A stretch of 64,000 nucleotides of DNA, taken from Clostridiales bacterium. GTDB taxonomy: Bacteria; Bacillota; Clostridia; Oscillospirales; Acutalibacteraceae. How positions within the stretch are numbered: the first letter of the stretch is position 1; the number at the start of each line of letters is the position of its first letter. Positions 49,480 to 59,270 of the stretch are shown here, piece by piece. Where the stretch lies: the NCBI GenBank assembly GCA_019418545.1, contig DYBQ01000003.1, positions 1-64,000 of the forward strand. The letters run 5' to 3'. Made by a program: the position numbers and the translations under genes. Under the pieces are notes generated by a model. It did not search any database and was not told where the DNA came from. It saw nothing but the letters and a program-made list of their open reading frames with translations.

Positions 49480-49627
49480 CATAAATTTCTTTCCAAAAAT
49501 GGGAAAAACATTTTGGGCTCCCTTGTCGCTTTTATGAAAATACTGTATACTTTATTACTATAAATCAGTTATAATAAAAAGGGATATTCCCTGATAATAC
49601 TATCGAAAATCTGGGCAGGTGAACAAA

Positions 49628-50347
49628 ATGAATATGGTAGTCTGTGACGATGACCGTACTTTTGTCAAGATTTTTGAAAATGCCATTAAGGTCATTATGG
49701 AAGAAAAAGGGATTGACTGCACGGTTTTCTGCTATGATAATCCACTTACAATGCTTGAGCAGACAACCGTTCAGCCAAACACGGTATTTTTTCTTGATAT
49801 TGATATGCCGCAATTAACCGGATTTGAAACAGCTGATAAGCTGCGGAAACGTTTGGGAAAGTTTGATGTTGTATTTGTGACAAATCGAGAAGAACTTGTC
49901 TTCCAATCTTTTGAATACTCTCCCATTGCTTTTATCCGAAAAAGATATTTTCGGAAAGAGCTTTCTCAGCTGCTAAACCGCCTTTTCAGCGGATACCGCT
50001 TACAGGATACCGTTATTGAGGTTTTAGAGCAAAGAGGGAAAAATCGGGTTATACGTAATGTGCCGCTGCGCGATATTCTTTATATAGATAACGAGAAAAA
50101 TTATGTGAAGATTATAACGGCCAATGCCGAATACAGCCGTCGTTCAACACTAAATCAAATGGAAAAGGAGCTTTCTCCTTTTGGGTTTATTCGGGTTCAT
50201 GCTGGTTTTTTAGTAAACTATCAGTATATTGAGTCATTTGAACGCGAATATTTGCGCTTGACCAATCGAGCCATGATTCCATTGAGCCGAAGCAAACGGG
50301 AAAAAGCCTGTGAGTCCTGGTATCGTTTGCTTGGAGGGATGATATGA
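49628..50347 (+). CDS. LytTR-family response regulator (AgrA-like)
   Basis: Receiver domain (VVCDDD, FLDIDMP) and a C-terminal LytTR domain (YVKIITANAEYSRRSTLNQMEKEL...FIRVHAGFLVNYQYI). Confidence 0.85.
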   Translation: MNMVVCDDDRTFVKIFENAIKVIMEEKGIDCTVFCYDNPLTMLEQTTVQPNTVFFLDIDMPQLTGFETADKLRKRLGKFDVVFVTNREELVFQSFEYSPIAFIRKRYFRKELSQLLNRLFSGYRLQDTVIEVLEQRGKNRVIRNVPLRDILYIDNEKNYVKIITANAEYSRRSTLNQMEKELSPFGFIRVHAGFLVNYQYIESFEREYLRLTNRAMIPLSRSKREKACESWYRLLGGMI

Positions 50348-51690
50348 CAGAAACATTCTTGTGGACATTATTTGAAATCTTTGTAACAGTTTTGGAAGCC
50401 ACCTGTACTGTTTATTTTTTACATGGAATTTTGAGATTCCGGCTTTCCGGTAAAGCACGAATTATTTGCCCAATCATACTGTGCTTACTGCAAACCATTT
50501 TGATTTGTGCAGTTAATCTTACTCATGTAATTTCTTGGGCTATTGTAGAAATTTTTCTTTTTATTCTTTACTATACCTATGCTTATTTTTGTCTCGATGG
50601 GAATTTTATTCAAAAACTTATTTTTTCCATTGCGGATGTATTGCTGCTGCGTCTCACTACCACAATTCTAGTTTTTTGTATGAGCCTGTTGTCCAATACA
50701 ACCATAGACAATATGATAAATGAAAACAGCTGGATTCGTTTTGGTACAGTGATTTTGATTCGACTCTCTCATTTTTATCTCTGCGCCATAGCGGTAAAGC
50801 TGTTTCAAAAACACCGAAAACCACAAAAAATGGAATGTTATCTGCTGACCATCAACTTTGTTTTGCTGGATGCTGCATTAGCACTGAGTTTTAACCTGTT
50901 GGCCAGTGATACTCTTTCCCAGCAAAACAAAGGGCTTCTTTTGGGAATTGTGTGGATTCTGGCAATCATGGGTATTATTTCTTATTCTTTCCTTTTATAT
51001 GCCGGCCAAAAAAGTGAACGGGAAACCACTGAAGTATTAAATCGACATAAAGAAAAATTCAATCAAAACGAGGTTGAAATCCTCTACGAAAATTATCTCG
51101 AAATGCAGCGGGTTCGCCATGATATGAAAAACCATCTGCTGTGTCTCAGCGAAATGCTTCGTACCGGCCATTACAAAGAGGCAGAAGACTTTTGCAATAG
51201 TATCAATGACGATATTGAATCTGTCCAAAGCTATATATTGTCTGATAACCCAGCAGTAGGCAGCTTGATAAACTGCAAAATTGGCCAAGCTAAAAAGCGA
51301 GGCATTACTGTAAAATGCCTGCTCACCGTCCCCATGAAAGATTTTCCTTATAATTTGGAATTATGCGGGGCACTGGGGAACCTTTTGGATAACGCCATTG
51401 AAGCCAATGAACATCTGCCTTCAGGAGAAAAAAATATGTCTTTGGAAATGAAGTATGTTCATGACATGATGGTCATTAAAGTCAGTAATCCCATTAAGGG
51501 GCCGGTATTAAAAAATGGCACTCTTCCAGAAACCACGAAAACCGATAAAAAATATCATGGTTTTGGCCGAAGCAACACGGAATCCTATGTGCGCCGAATG
51601 AATGGAAAATTGTTGTATTCCGACAGTAACGGCTTGTTTACCGCTGCCATTTTTCTTCCTTATGGGAAAAATCGTACAATTTATCCCTAA
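50344..51690 (+). CDS. AgrC-like sensor histidine kinase (multi-TM sensor plus HATPase)
   Basis: Six to seven N-terminal TM helices; H-box RHDMKNHL; N-box GNLLDNAIEA; start overlaps the regulator stop as ATGA. Confidence 0.85.
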   Translation: MTETFLWTLFEIFVTVLEATCTVYFLHGILRFRLSGKARIICPIILCLLQTILICAVNLTHVISWAIVEIFLFILYYTYAYFCLDGNFIQKLIFSIADVLLLRLTTTILVFCMSLLSNTTIDNMINENSWIRFGTVILIRLSHFYLCAIAVKLFQKHRKPQKMECYLLTINFVLLDAALALSFNLLASDTLSQQNKGLLLGIVWILAIMGIISYSFLLYAGQKSERETTEVLNRHKEKFNQNEVEILYENYLEMQRVRHDMKNHLLCLSEMLRTGHYKEAEDFCNSINDDIESVQSYILSDNPAVGSLINCKIGQAKKRGITVKCLLTVPMKDFPYNLELCGALGNLLDNAIEANEHLPSGEKNMSLEMKYVHDMMVIKVSNPIKGPVLKNGTLPETTKTDKKYHGFGRSNTESYVRRMNGKLLYSDSNGLFTAAIFLPYGKNRTIYP

Positions 51691-51743
51691 ATCATGCAAA
51701 TTATCCCACATGTATTGATTTTTGCTGGTTTCAACGGTATCAT
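51679..51743 (+). promoter_or_regulatory. Candidate agrBD promoter with LytTR-type direct repeats
   Basis: Direct repeats TTATCCC at 51681 and 51701, 20-bp period, abutting -35 TTGATT (51715-51720); 17-bp spacer; TATCAT (51738-51743). Confidence 0.45.
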
Positions 51744-51778
51744 TATGACAGAATCCTTGAGTTTGGAATGATACATAG

Positions 51779-52381
51779 ATGATTGCTTCTGTTTCTGATT
51801 GGATTGCGGATTTCTTTGTATCTCATGGTGTGATTGCGGTTGAGGAAAAAGAGGTATATGCTTACGGCTTTGCGGCCATCATTTCTACTGTTATCAGTTA
51901 TGGGATTATTTTGGCGATTGCGGCTGTTTTGCATTGTATTTGGCTGTGGATAGTCTTTATTCTCTGTTTTTCCCCCTTAAGAAGATACAGTGGTGGATAT
52001 CACGCTTCTTCTTATGTTCGATGTAAGACAATTTATGCCATAACATTTTTGTTGATTGCTCTTGCAGTAATCTTTTTATCCCAATGGGATTTATGGTTTC
52101 TTCCAATACTCCTAGCGATTTTCAGTGTAATTGTTGTTTGTAAATTTGCTCCTGTAATTCCTCGGAACAAAGAGCTTTTGCAGGAAGAAATTGCTGCAAA
52201 CCGTCGAAAAAGCATATGGATTGTTTGCATCGAAGGATTTTGTGTGCTTATATTTTTAAAATGGTATTATGCCATATCTCTTTCCATTTCATTCATCATG
52301 CTGGCTGTGTCCTTTGCACTGTTAGCTGAAATATTCATTACCAAAAGGAGTGTTCACTCATGCAGAAAAAATCTCTGTTAA
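51779..52381 (+). CDS. agrB: AgrB-family autoinducing-peptide maturation protease
   Basis: PLRRYSGGYHASSYVRCK aligns with S. aureus AgrB RRHAHGAHAPSSFWC (catalytic His and Cys); multi-TM. Confidence 0.85.
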   Translation: MIASVSDWIADFFVSHGVIAVEEKEVYAYGFAAIISTVISYGIILAIAAVLHCIWLWIVFILCFSPLRRYSGGYHASSYVRCKTIYAITFLLIALAVIFLSQWDLWFLPILLAIFSVIVVCKFAPVIPRNKELLQEEIAANRRKSIWIVCIEGFCVLIFLKWYYAISLSISFIMLAVSFALLAEIFITKRSVHSCRKNLC

Positions 52382-52503
52382 AAATGGTTTGCAATGCAGC
52401 TAAATCCGTTGCTGTTAAGAGCTGCGGTCAGACTTCCTTCCTGGACTTCTATCAGCCCAAAGAGCCTGCTATGCTGCGCAAAATGAAGGAAGAGAAGAAG
52501 TAA
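52360..52503 (+). CDS. agrD: AgrD-like autoinducing-peptide precursor, 47 aa (not in the ORF track)
   Basis: ATG 52360 with RBS AAGGAG 10 nt upstream, overlapping the agrB 3' end. MQKKSLLKMVCNAAKSVAVKSCGQTSFLDFYQPKEPAMLRKMKEEKK: amphipathic N-terminal helix, Cys-containing core, then a conserved QPKEP charged tail like the clostridial AgrD HQPKVPKEL. Confidence 0.7.
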   Translation: MQKKSLLKMVCNAAKSVAVKSCGQTSFLDFYQPKEPAMLRKMKEEKK

Positions 52504-52605
52504 TTCCCCTTTTTTGATTTTTTCTTAGGCCGTTCTGCCGGTTATGCTCCCGGCAGAAACCGGTCTTTTATGAAAATGCCTACAGAGCATGGATAGTTCG
52601 ATTTC

Positions 52606-52665
52606 CCGCAAAGGCTCAGATAGACGACCTGTCTGTCTGAGCCTTTGCGCTTTTTTATGTTTTTA
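52606..52665 (+). terminator. Rho-independent terminator of the agr operon
   Basis: 18-bp stem GCAAAGGCTCAGATAGAC/GTCTGTCTGAGCCTTTGC followed by GCTTTTTTATGTTTTT. Confidence 0.8.
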
Positions 52666-52674
52666 TCGTAAAGG

Positions 52675-54474
52675 TTATTCTCCAATTTGTGTACGATACA
52701 TCCTTGCATATTTGCCATTGAGAGCCATTAGCTGCTCATGGCTTCCCTTTTCTAAAACCCTGCCGTCCTCAATCAAAATGATGATATCCGAATCCTTAAT
52801 GGTAGACAGACGATGGGCAATAATAAAGGAAGTACGGCCTTGCGTAGCTGTCAGCATAGCACGGCGTATCTTTTGCTCCGTCACAGTATCAACGGAACTG
52901 GTAGCCTCATCCAAAATTAAAATTGGCGCATTGATTAATACAGCCCGGGCAATAGTTAAAAGCTGCCTTTCTCCCTGGCTCAACTCCGCTCCGCTTTGCG
53001 TAAGCACCGTATCATATTTTTGGGGCAGCCTCTGGATGAATGAATCAGCACCTGCCATCCGCGCTGCCTGCTCAATTTTCTCCAGGGAAGCCTCTTCATA
53101 TCCATAACTGATATTCTCTCTTACTGATTTGGCAAAAAGAGCAGTATCCTGTAATACTACTCCAAAACAACGCCGCAAATCCTCCATACGGTATTCCCGC
53201 AAGTCGTGGCCATCCAACAGAATCTTGCCTGCCGTTACATCATAAAATCGGGTAAGCAAATTGATAATCGTCGTCTTTCCCGCTCCGGTTGGGCCAACAA
53301 TCGCTATTCTGGTACCAGCAGCAATTTTGAGCGATACATCCTGTAGAATCGGCTTTTCAGGCTGATAACCAAAATACACATGCTGAAGTTCAAATTCTCC
53401 CCGAGGCATGGTCAGCGAAAGAGCATTGGGAGAATCTTCCGGTTCAGGCGGCTCATCCAAAATATCAAAAATACGTTCCGCACCGGCAACGGCTGTTTGA
53501 AAATTATTATAGATATTGGCAATGTCCACAAAGGGTCTGGAAAACTGCCGGCTATAAAGCAAAAAGCTGGTTATCATTCCAACCTGAATATATCCCATCA
53601 CTGCCATAATGCCGCTGATGATGGAAATCAGCACATAATTTAAATTGTTAATGACATTTGTAATCGGCATCAGATAACCCGACCAAGTGAGGGCTCTGGT
53701 AGAAATCTTCTGCAAGTTTTCATTCAAACTTTCAAACTGCTCGATGGATTCCTGCTCTCTGCAAAATGCCTTCACTACATTTACACCGGAAATAGTTTCT
53801 TCAATTTGCCCATTCAGCTGCCCCAATACTTTTTGCTGCTCTGCAAACATTTTGCGGGTACGGCGAGTAATGATACGGGTTAGCAATAAAATCAGCCCAA
53901 CACTGATGAGTGACACTGCTGTTAGAAGCAGATTTAGGGAAAGCATGATGCAGAAAATACCAACAATTGTAAAAAGGTAAGTCAAGAGCTGCGTTAGAGA
54001 ATTGGAAATGGTGGTGCTGATATTATCCACATCGTTGGTCAACCGGCTCATGAGCTCTCCATGCTGTTTTTTATCAAAAAAAGCCAGAGGCAAATTTTTC
54101 ATAACCGAAAACAGGGTGACACGAATATAGTGAATGATTCTTTGCCCGATAGCGGCCATAAAAAACTGCTGCAAAAATCGAACCAGCCAATCGCACAGGT
54201 ATAGCCCCAAAAGGGTAAGCACCAGTACAATCAATGGATTTCCTCTATCTACCGCAGTTACGGCACTGCCAATCACCAAAGGAGACAGAATGGAAGAAAT
54301 CGAAGTAAAAGCCGACAGCAATAAAATCCATCCCAACCCTTTTCGATGGCCTTTTGTTAAGGACCAAAGTCGGAGTGTCGTCCCCTTTAAATCTTTTGGC
54401 TTTTCTACCGGGCGCCCTCTCATCCTTCCTCTTCCCATTCCGGTGGGCGGCGGCATACCATTCCGTTCAGCCAT
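52675..54474 (-). CDS. ABC exporter, fused permease-ATPase (MsbA/LmrA-like), subunit 2 of a heterodimer
   Basis: Six TM helices plus an NBD (Walker A GPTGAGKTT, LSQGERQ, Walker B ILILDEATS). RBS GGAGGGGG before ATG 54474, which overlaps the upstream stop. Confidence 0.85.
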   Translation of the reverse strand: MAERNGMPPPTGMGRGRMRGRPVEKPKDLKGTTLRLWSLTKGHRKGLGWILLLSAFTSISSILSPLVIGSAVTAVDRGNPLIVLVLTLLGLYLCDWLVRFLQQFFMAAIGQRIIHYIRVTLFSVMKNLPLAFFDKKQHGELMSRLTNDVDNISTTISNSLTQLLTYLFTIVGIFCIMLSLNLLLTAVSLISVGLILLLTRIITRRTRKMFAEQQKVLGQLNGQIEETISGVNVVKAFCREQESIEQFESLNENLQKISTRALTWSGYLMPITNVINNLNYVLISIISGIMAVMGYIQVGMITSFLLYSRQFSRPFVDIANIYNNFQTAVAGAERIFDILDEPPEPEDSPNALSLTMPRGEFELQHVYFGYQPEKPILQDVSLKIAAGTRIAIVGPTGAGKTTIINLLTRFYDVTAGKILLDGHDLREYRMEDLRRCFGVVLQDTALFAKSVRENISYGYEEASLEKIEQAARMAGADSFIQRLPQKYDTVLTQSGAELSQGERQLLTIARAVLINAPILILDEATSSVDTVTEQKIRRAMLTATQGRTSFIIAHRLSTIKDSDIIILIEDGRVLEKGSHEQLMALNGKYARMYRTQIGE

Positions 54475-56182
54475 GATTTCCCCCTCCAATCTGCGAAGCA
54501 TAAATCGCCTGATAGGCAGAGCACTTTGCCATCAGTTCTTCATGGCTCCCGAATCCCCGGACAAAACCGTTATCCATACACAAAATTCTGTCTGCCCGTC
54601 GGACAGTGGAAATTCGCTGACTAATGAGCAATACGGTACAATCTGCCGCCTTTTCTCTCAGCCCATTTAAAACGGCTGCTTCTGTTTCCGCATCCAAGGC
54701 GCTGGTGCAGTCATCCAAAATGAGAATCCGCGGGTTGCGCACCAAGGCCCTCGCCAAGGCCAGACGTTGTTTTTGTCCACCAGACAAGTTTACGCCTCCC
54801 TGTCCCAGCAGCGTTTCGTAGCCATTTTCTGTTTTTTGTATAAAAGAATCGGCTTTGGCAATGGCCGCTGCATTTTGAATCTCTTCATCTGAAGCATCCC
54901 GTCTTCCCCAACGAAGATTTTCCAAAATGGTGCCGGTAAACAACAAGGCCTTTTGCGGGACTACTGACACTACGCTCCTGAGTTCAGTTTCAGAAACTTC
55001 ATTTACGTCTGCTCCATCCACCAAAATTCTTCCTTCGCTTGCATCATAAAAGCGGGGGACCAAATTGACCAGCGTACTTTTTCCAGAGCCGGTTGGCCCA
55101 ATAATTCCAATGGTTTCGCCCGGCTCTGCCTGAAAGCTGATGTGGTGCAGTGCGGGAGTAGCCGAGCCAGCATAGGTAAAGGAAACGTCTTGAAACACGA
55201 CTTTCCCTTTCCAGTTGGGATGTTCGGGATTTTTTGGGGATTCCTGCGCTGGTGTTTCTTCCAAAATCTCGCGGATTCTATTGGAAGAAGCCATGGCTCT
55301 CACGGCTGTATTCAAAATATTGGAGACCATTCCAAGGGCAAAAAGGATTTGTGTCATATAATTGACCGAAGCCATCAGACGCCCGATTTCCGTGCTGTTT
55401 TGTGCATTGGAAACCCATAAAAGCACAACGATTCCCAGATTGACTGTCAGATTAATCAGCGGCGCAAAAATTGCCATAATCCGCATAGCTCCGGTTCCTG
55501 CCATTGCGAGCTCTTTTGATGCCCCTGTAAACCGGGCTTCCTCCTGCTCTTCCCCACGAAATGCCTTTACCACCCGGATGGAGGATAAAAACTCCCGGCT
55601 GACGGTATTCAAACGGTCCAGCTTCTCCTGTACCACTCCAAACCTGGGGTACCCCAGCTTCATATTGGCAATAATCAACACGGCGGCAATCATCAAGATA
55701 ACACCTATCATGGGAAGCTGCTGCGGGGTTTGCATAATTACTAGTATAATTGCCCCAATACAGGTGATGGGAGCCTTGGCCATAATCCGCATACAGCCAT
55801 TGATAAATTCCTGTACCTGGGTAACATCATTGGTAATGCGGGTAATAATCGAGCCAGGCTGCAACCTGTCTATGTTTTCCAGAGACAGGGTTTGTACCTT
55901 TCGGTACATATCAGAGCGAATTTCCCGGGCAATGGTCTGGGATGTGCGGTTTGCCAATATATTTCGCATCACAGCACCAAGGGCTCCCAGTGCCGCTATC
56001 AGCAGCATAATTCCACCATATTGCAAAATTTTTCCCAAATCAGCCTGCTTCACACCGTTATCCACAATTTGTGCCATAAAGGCCGGCTGTAAAAGGTCTG
56101 CCATTGCTTCCAGTGTTAAAAAGGACAGGGCCGCCAGGAAAAGCCCCAAATGTCTTCTAATATAATGCAGGATTTGCCTCAT
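54467..56182 (-). CDS. ABC exporter, fused permease-ATPase, subunit 1 of a heterodimer
   Basis: GPTGSGKST, LSGGQKQR, ILILDDCTSALD. Confidence 0.85.
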   Translation of the reverse strand: MRQILHYIRRHLGLFLAALSFLTLEAMADLLQPAFMAQIVDNGVKQADLGKILQYGGIMLLIAALGALGAVMRNILANRTSQTIAREIRSDMYRKVQTLSLENIDRLQPGSIITRITNDVTQVQEFINGCMRIMAKAPITCIGAIILVIMQTPQQLPMIGVILMIAAVLIIANMKLGYPRFGVVQEKLDRLNTVSREFLSSIRVVKAFRGEEQEEARFTGASKELAMAGTGAMRIMAIFAPLINLTVNLGIVVLLWVSNAQNSTEIGRLMASVNYMTQILFALGMVSNILNTAVRAMASSNRIREILEETPAQESPKNPEHPNWKGKVVFQDVSFTYAGSATPALHHISFQAEPGETIGIIGPTGSGKSTLVNLVPRFYDASEGRILVDGADVNEVSETELRSVVSVVPQKALLFTGTILENLRWGRRDASDEEIQNAAAIAKADSFIQKTENGYETLLGQGGVNLSGGQKQRLALARALVRNPRILILDDCTSALDAETEAAVLNGLREKAADCTVLLISQRISTVRRADRILCMDNGFVRGFGSHEELMAKCSAYQAIYASQIGGGNHG

Positions 56183-56327
56183 ATTTGTGCCCCCTTGCTA
56201 TCTGGGATGACTCCTGTACTTCTTTAAAAATGACTATTTCCATTGTATCACTTTTCTAACCCCCCGACAACGCACCCGCTATTCCGGGGTAATTGACTTT
56301 GGTTTTCCTTATGGTATACTGATATAA

Positions 56328-56906
56328 ATGATATACTCTCGAGAGGATGGGATATCCTTGACACTGGTAACACAACGATTGATTCTCCGTCCTTGGGAAG
56401 AATCCGATGCGCAGTCTCTGTATGAATACGCTAAAAATCCTGCTGTTGGCCCCATTGCCGGTTGGCCGGTGCATACTGACGTGGAAAACAGTCGGGAAAT
56501 CATTCGGAACGTTTTGTCTGCACCGGAAACTTATGCTGTTGTCCCTAAAGAATTTGGAAGACCTGTCGGCAGTATCGGCTTGATGATTGGCGAAAAAAGC
56601 AATTTTCCTCTTCCCGAAAATGAAGGAGAGATTGGATACTGGATTGGAGAGCCGTTCTGGGGACAGGGACTGATTCCAGAGGGAGTAATGGCTTTGCTGA
56701 CTCATGGCTTTGAGGAAATAGGGCTGTGTAAAATCTGGTGCGGTTATTTTGAAGGAAATGAAAAGTCCCGCCGGGTACAGGAAAAATGTGGCTTTTTGTA
56801 TCATCACACCAACTATAACCGGCTGTGGCAAAAAACCGGCGAAATCCGTACCGAACATATTTCCTGTTTGACTCGGGAACAATGGTTAAAAATTAGGAAG
56901 ACATAA
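56328..56906 (+). CDS. GNAT-family N-acetyltransferase (RimJ/RimL-like); start could be TTG 56357
   Basis: LILRPWEESDAQSLYEYAKNP...GYWIGEPFWGQGL, typical Acetyltransf_3. Confidence 0.75.
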   Translation: MIYSREDGISLTLVTQRLILRPWEESDAQSLYEYAKNPAVGPIAGWPVHTDVENSREIIRNVLSAPETYAVVPKEFGRPVGSIGLMIGEKSNFPLPENEGEIGYWIGEPFWGQGLIPEGVMALLTHGFEEIGLCKIWCGYFEGNEKSRRVQEKCGFLYHHTNYNRLWQKTGEIRTEHISCLTREQWLKIRKT

Positions 56907-56950
56907 AAATCCGCTGTGAACCTGTTTGGCTCACAGCGGATTTTATTATG
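56905..56950. terminator. Bidirectional rho-independent terminator
   Basis: AATCCGCTGTGA...TCACAGCGGATT stem flanked by AAAAA and TTTATTAT. Confidence 0.7.
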
Positions 56951-56956
56951 AAACAC

Positions 56957-58609
56957 TTATCCAAATATTGTTTGATACAGCCGATAGCCGCCGGAAAGGT
57001 TATACACGTCATAGCCATTTTGCATCAGAATACGGGCGGCAATATAACCGCGCAGGCCAATCTGGCAGGTTACGTAAATCGTCTTGTCTTTCGGGATTTC
57101 GTCCAGACGGCTGCGCAGGGAGTCCAGCGGGATATTGACGAAACCGGGAATAGTGCCGGCCAAATATTCCATGGGATTACGGGTATCCAGTAGGAAAGCA
57201 TGGGGGTCTTTGCTGATTTTCTCAATGTCGTGCCAATGGAAGGTCTTCACCAGGCCGCTCATCATGTTTTCAATGACATATCCGGCCATGTTCACCGGGT
57301 CTTTGGCGGAGCCAAAAGGCGGCGCATAGCACAGCTCCAGCTCGGTCAAATCTTTGGCGGTCATGCCCGCACGGATAGCCGTGGCGAACACGTCGCAGCG
57401 CTTGTCCACACCGTCATTGCCCACAATCTGCGCTCCCAGAATCTTGCCGGTTTCCTTTTCAAAAATGGTCTTGATGGACATATTGGTAGCGCCGGGATAA
57501 TAGGTGGCGTGGTTTGCGGAGAAGGTGAAGGACTTTTCATAGTTCAAATGCAGAGCCTTGGCGGTCTTTTCGGTGATGCCGGTGGAGGCGACAGCTAAAT
57601 CGAACACTTTTAGGATGGAGGAGCCCTGGGTGCCGGTGTAGCGGCTGGGAATGCCGCAGATATTGTCGGCAGCAATGCGTCCTTGCTTGTTGGCGGGGCC
57701 TGCCAGCGGAATATATCCCTTTTCGCCGGTGACAAAATGGGTAATCTCAATCAGGTCGCCCACGGCATAAATGCCGTCCACACCGGTTTCCATTGCGGAA
57801 TTGACAATCAGCGCGCCTTTGGCGTTGGCGGGCAGCCCGGCCTTGATGGCGATTTCGGAAGCGGGACGCACACCGATGGCCATGACCAACAAATCAGCGT
57901 CGATGGTTTCGCCGTTGACCGTTAGGGAAACGCCGGTTTCGGTGTCCTCAATCTTCTGCAAAGCGCTGCCCAACATCAGATGAAGTCCTTTCTGGCGCAT
58001 ATGGCCATGTACCTGTGCCGCCATGTCCGCGTCGATGGAGGGAATTACCTGGTCAGCCATTTCTACCAGCGTCACGTCCATGCCCAAATCGTGGAGGTTT
58101 TCGGCCACTTCCAAACCGATAAAGCCGCCGCCTGCCACCACCGCTTTTTTGGCCTGATGCTCTTCAATATAGGTCTTGACCGCTACGGTATCGGGGATGT
58201 TGCGGACGGTGAACACCTTTTTGGAATTAATGCCGGGGATGGGGGGCATGGCAGCGTCGGCGCCCATGGAGAGAATCAGGGAATCATAGCTCTCCTCGTA
58301 CTCTTCGCCGGTATTGTGGTTATGGATGGTAATGGTTTTGTTGTCGGGCTGAATGGAAACCGCCTCGCTGAACACGCGGACATCCACGTTGAAACGGGCC
58401 TTAAAGCTCTCGGGGGTCTGAAGGGTCAGTGCAGCACGGTCCTGAATGGTGCCGCCCAGATAGTAGGGCAGGCCGCAGTTGGCAAAGGAGATATAGGGGC
58501 CCCGTTCCACCACGACGATATGGGCGTTCTCGTCAAGACGGCGCAGACGGGCAGCAGCAGAAGCGCCGCCTGCCACGCCGCCGATGATGACAACTTTCTT
58601 CTGTTTCAT
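56957..58609 (-). CDS. CoA-disulfide reductase/NADH oxidase-family flavoprotein with a C-terminal rhodanese domain
   Basis: FAD motif VVIIGGVAGGASAA; redox-active CGLPYY-type Cys; second Rossmann motif VVAGGGFIGLE; C-terminal rhodanese segment with TCQIGLRGY. Confidence 0.8.
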   Translation of the reverse strand: MKQKKVVIIGGVAGGASAAARLRRLDENAHIVVVERGPYISFANCGLPYYLGGTIQDRAALTLQTPESFKARFNVDVRVFSEAVSIQPDNKTITIHNHNTGEEYEESYDSLILSMGADAAMPPIPGINSKKVFTVRNIPDTVAVKTYIEEHQAKKAVVAGGGFIGLEVAENLHDLGMDVTLVEMADQVIPSIDADMAAQVHGHMRQKGLHLMLGSALQKIEDTETGVSLTVNGETIDADLLVMAIGVRPASEIAIKAGLPANAKGALIVNSAMETGVDGIYAVGDLIEITHFVTGEKGYIPLAGPANKQGRIAADNICGIPSRYTGTQGSSILKVFDLAVASTGITEKTAKALHLNYEKSFTFSANHATYYPGATNMSIKTIFEKETGKILGAQIVGNDGVDKRCDVFATAIRAGMTAKDLTELELCYAPPFGSAKDPVNMAGYVIENMMSGLVKTFHWHDIEKISKDPHAFLLDTRNPMEYLAGTIPGFVNIPLDSLRSRLDEIPKDKTIYVTCQIGLRGYIAARILMQNGYDVYNLSGGYRLYQTIFG

Positions 58610-58682
58610 AGAAAATCAATCCTTTCTAAATTTTATTGACAGTATGGATTCTCAATCTTATATCAGTCGTGACGGAGGGAGT

Positions 58683-59270
58683 TCACTCCTGTCCCCGATT
58701 TTTAGCTTTACAGATTAGCTGGGTCATGGTGCCCATGGGGCAGTACACACACCAGGAGCGGGGTTTGAACATGGCCATGGTGAGAATTCCCAGTACCGTA
58801 GAGGTCAGCATCACGCTGTAAAAACCAAAGGCAAACTGTGCCGCCCACGGCGTTACCAGTCCGTCGGTATAAGCCCACTGCCACGGCAGGCGGAAAGTCC
58901 ACAAAAGGGTGACGGTTTGCTGTAAACTGTTGCTTCCGGCGAACACCAGCCAGGTGACATACAGCATATTGAAAAACATAATCATGAAAAAGGTAAGAAA
59001 CCCGTACCGGAACCACTTGGAGCGAATCCAGGCCGGAATGGGCTTATTGCGGGAAAGATGGAGTTTTTCCCCCAGCAGGCTGAACAGCTGCCCGCGGCCG
59101 CAATATTTGTTGCAATAGGCTTTATTGCCGCGGATGACCGAGATTAGCAGCGGGACAATAAAGCAAATTAATCCCAGCCACGCAAACAGGATGTTAACAA
59201 AACCCAAAATCAGATACAGCCCGGATGCAATCCAGAGCCAGTCATACCAGCGTGTTTTTGTTTTCATCAT
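58683..59270 (-). CDS. Membrane 4Fe-4S-binding protein (NapH/MauN-like)
   Basis: Four TM helices; Cys clusters CNKYCGRG and CVYCPMG. Confidence 0.65.
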   Translation of the reverse strand: MMKTKTRWYDWLWIASGLYLILGFVNILFAWLGLICFIVPLLISVIRGNKAYCNKYCGRGQLFSLLGEKLHLSRNKPIPAWIRSKWFRYGFLTFFMIMFFNMLYVTWLVFAGSNSLQQTVTLLWTFRLPWQWAYTDGLVTPWAAQFAFGFYSVMLTSTVLGILTMAMFKPRSWCVYCPMGTMTQLICKAKNRGQE

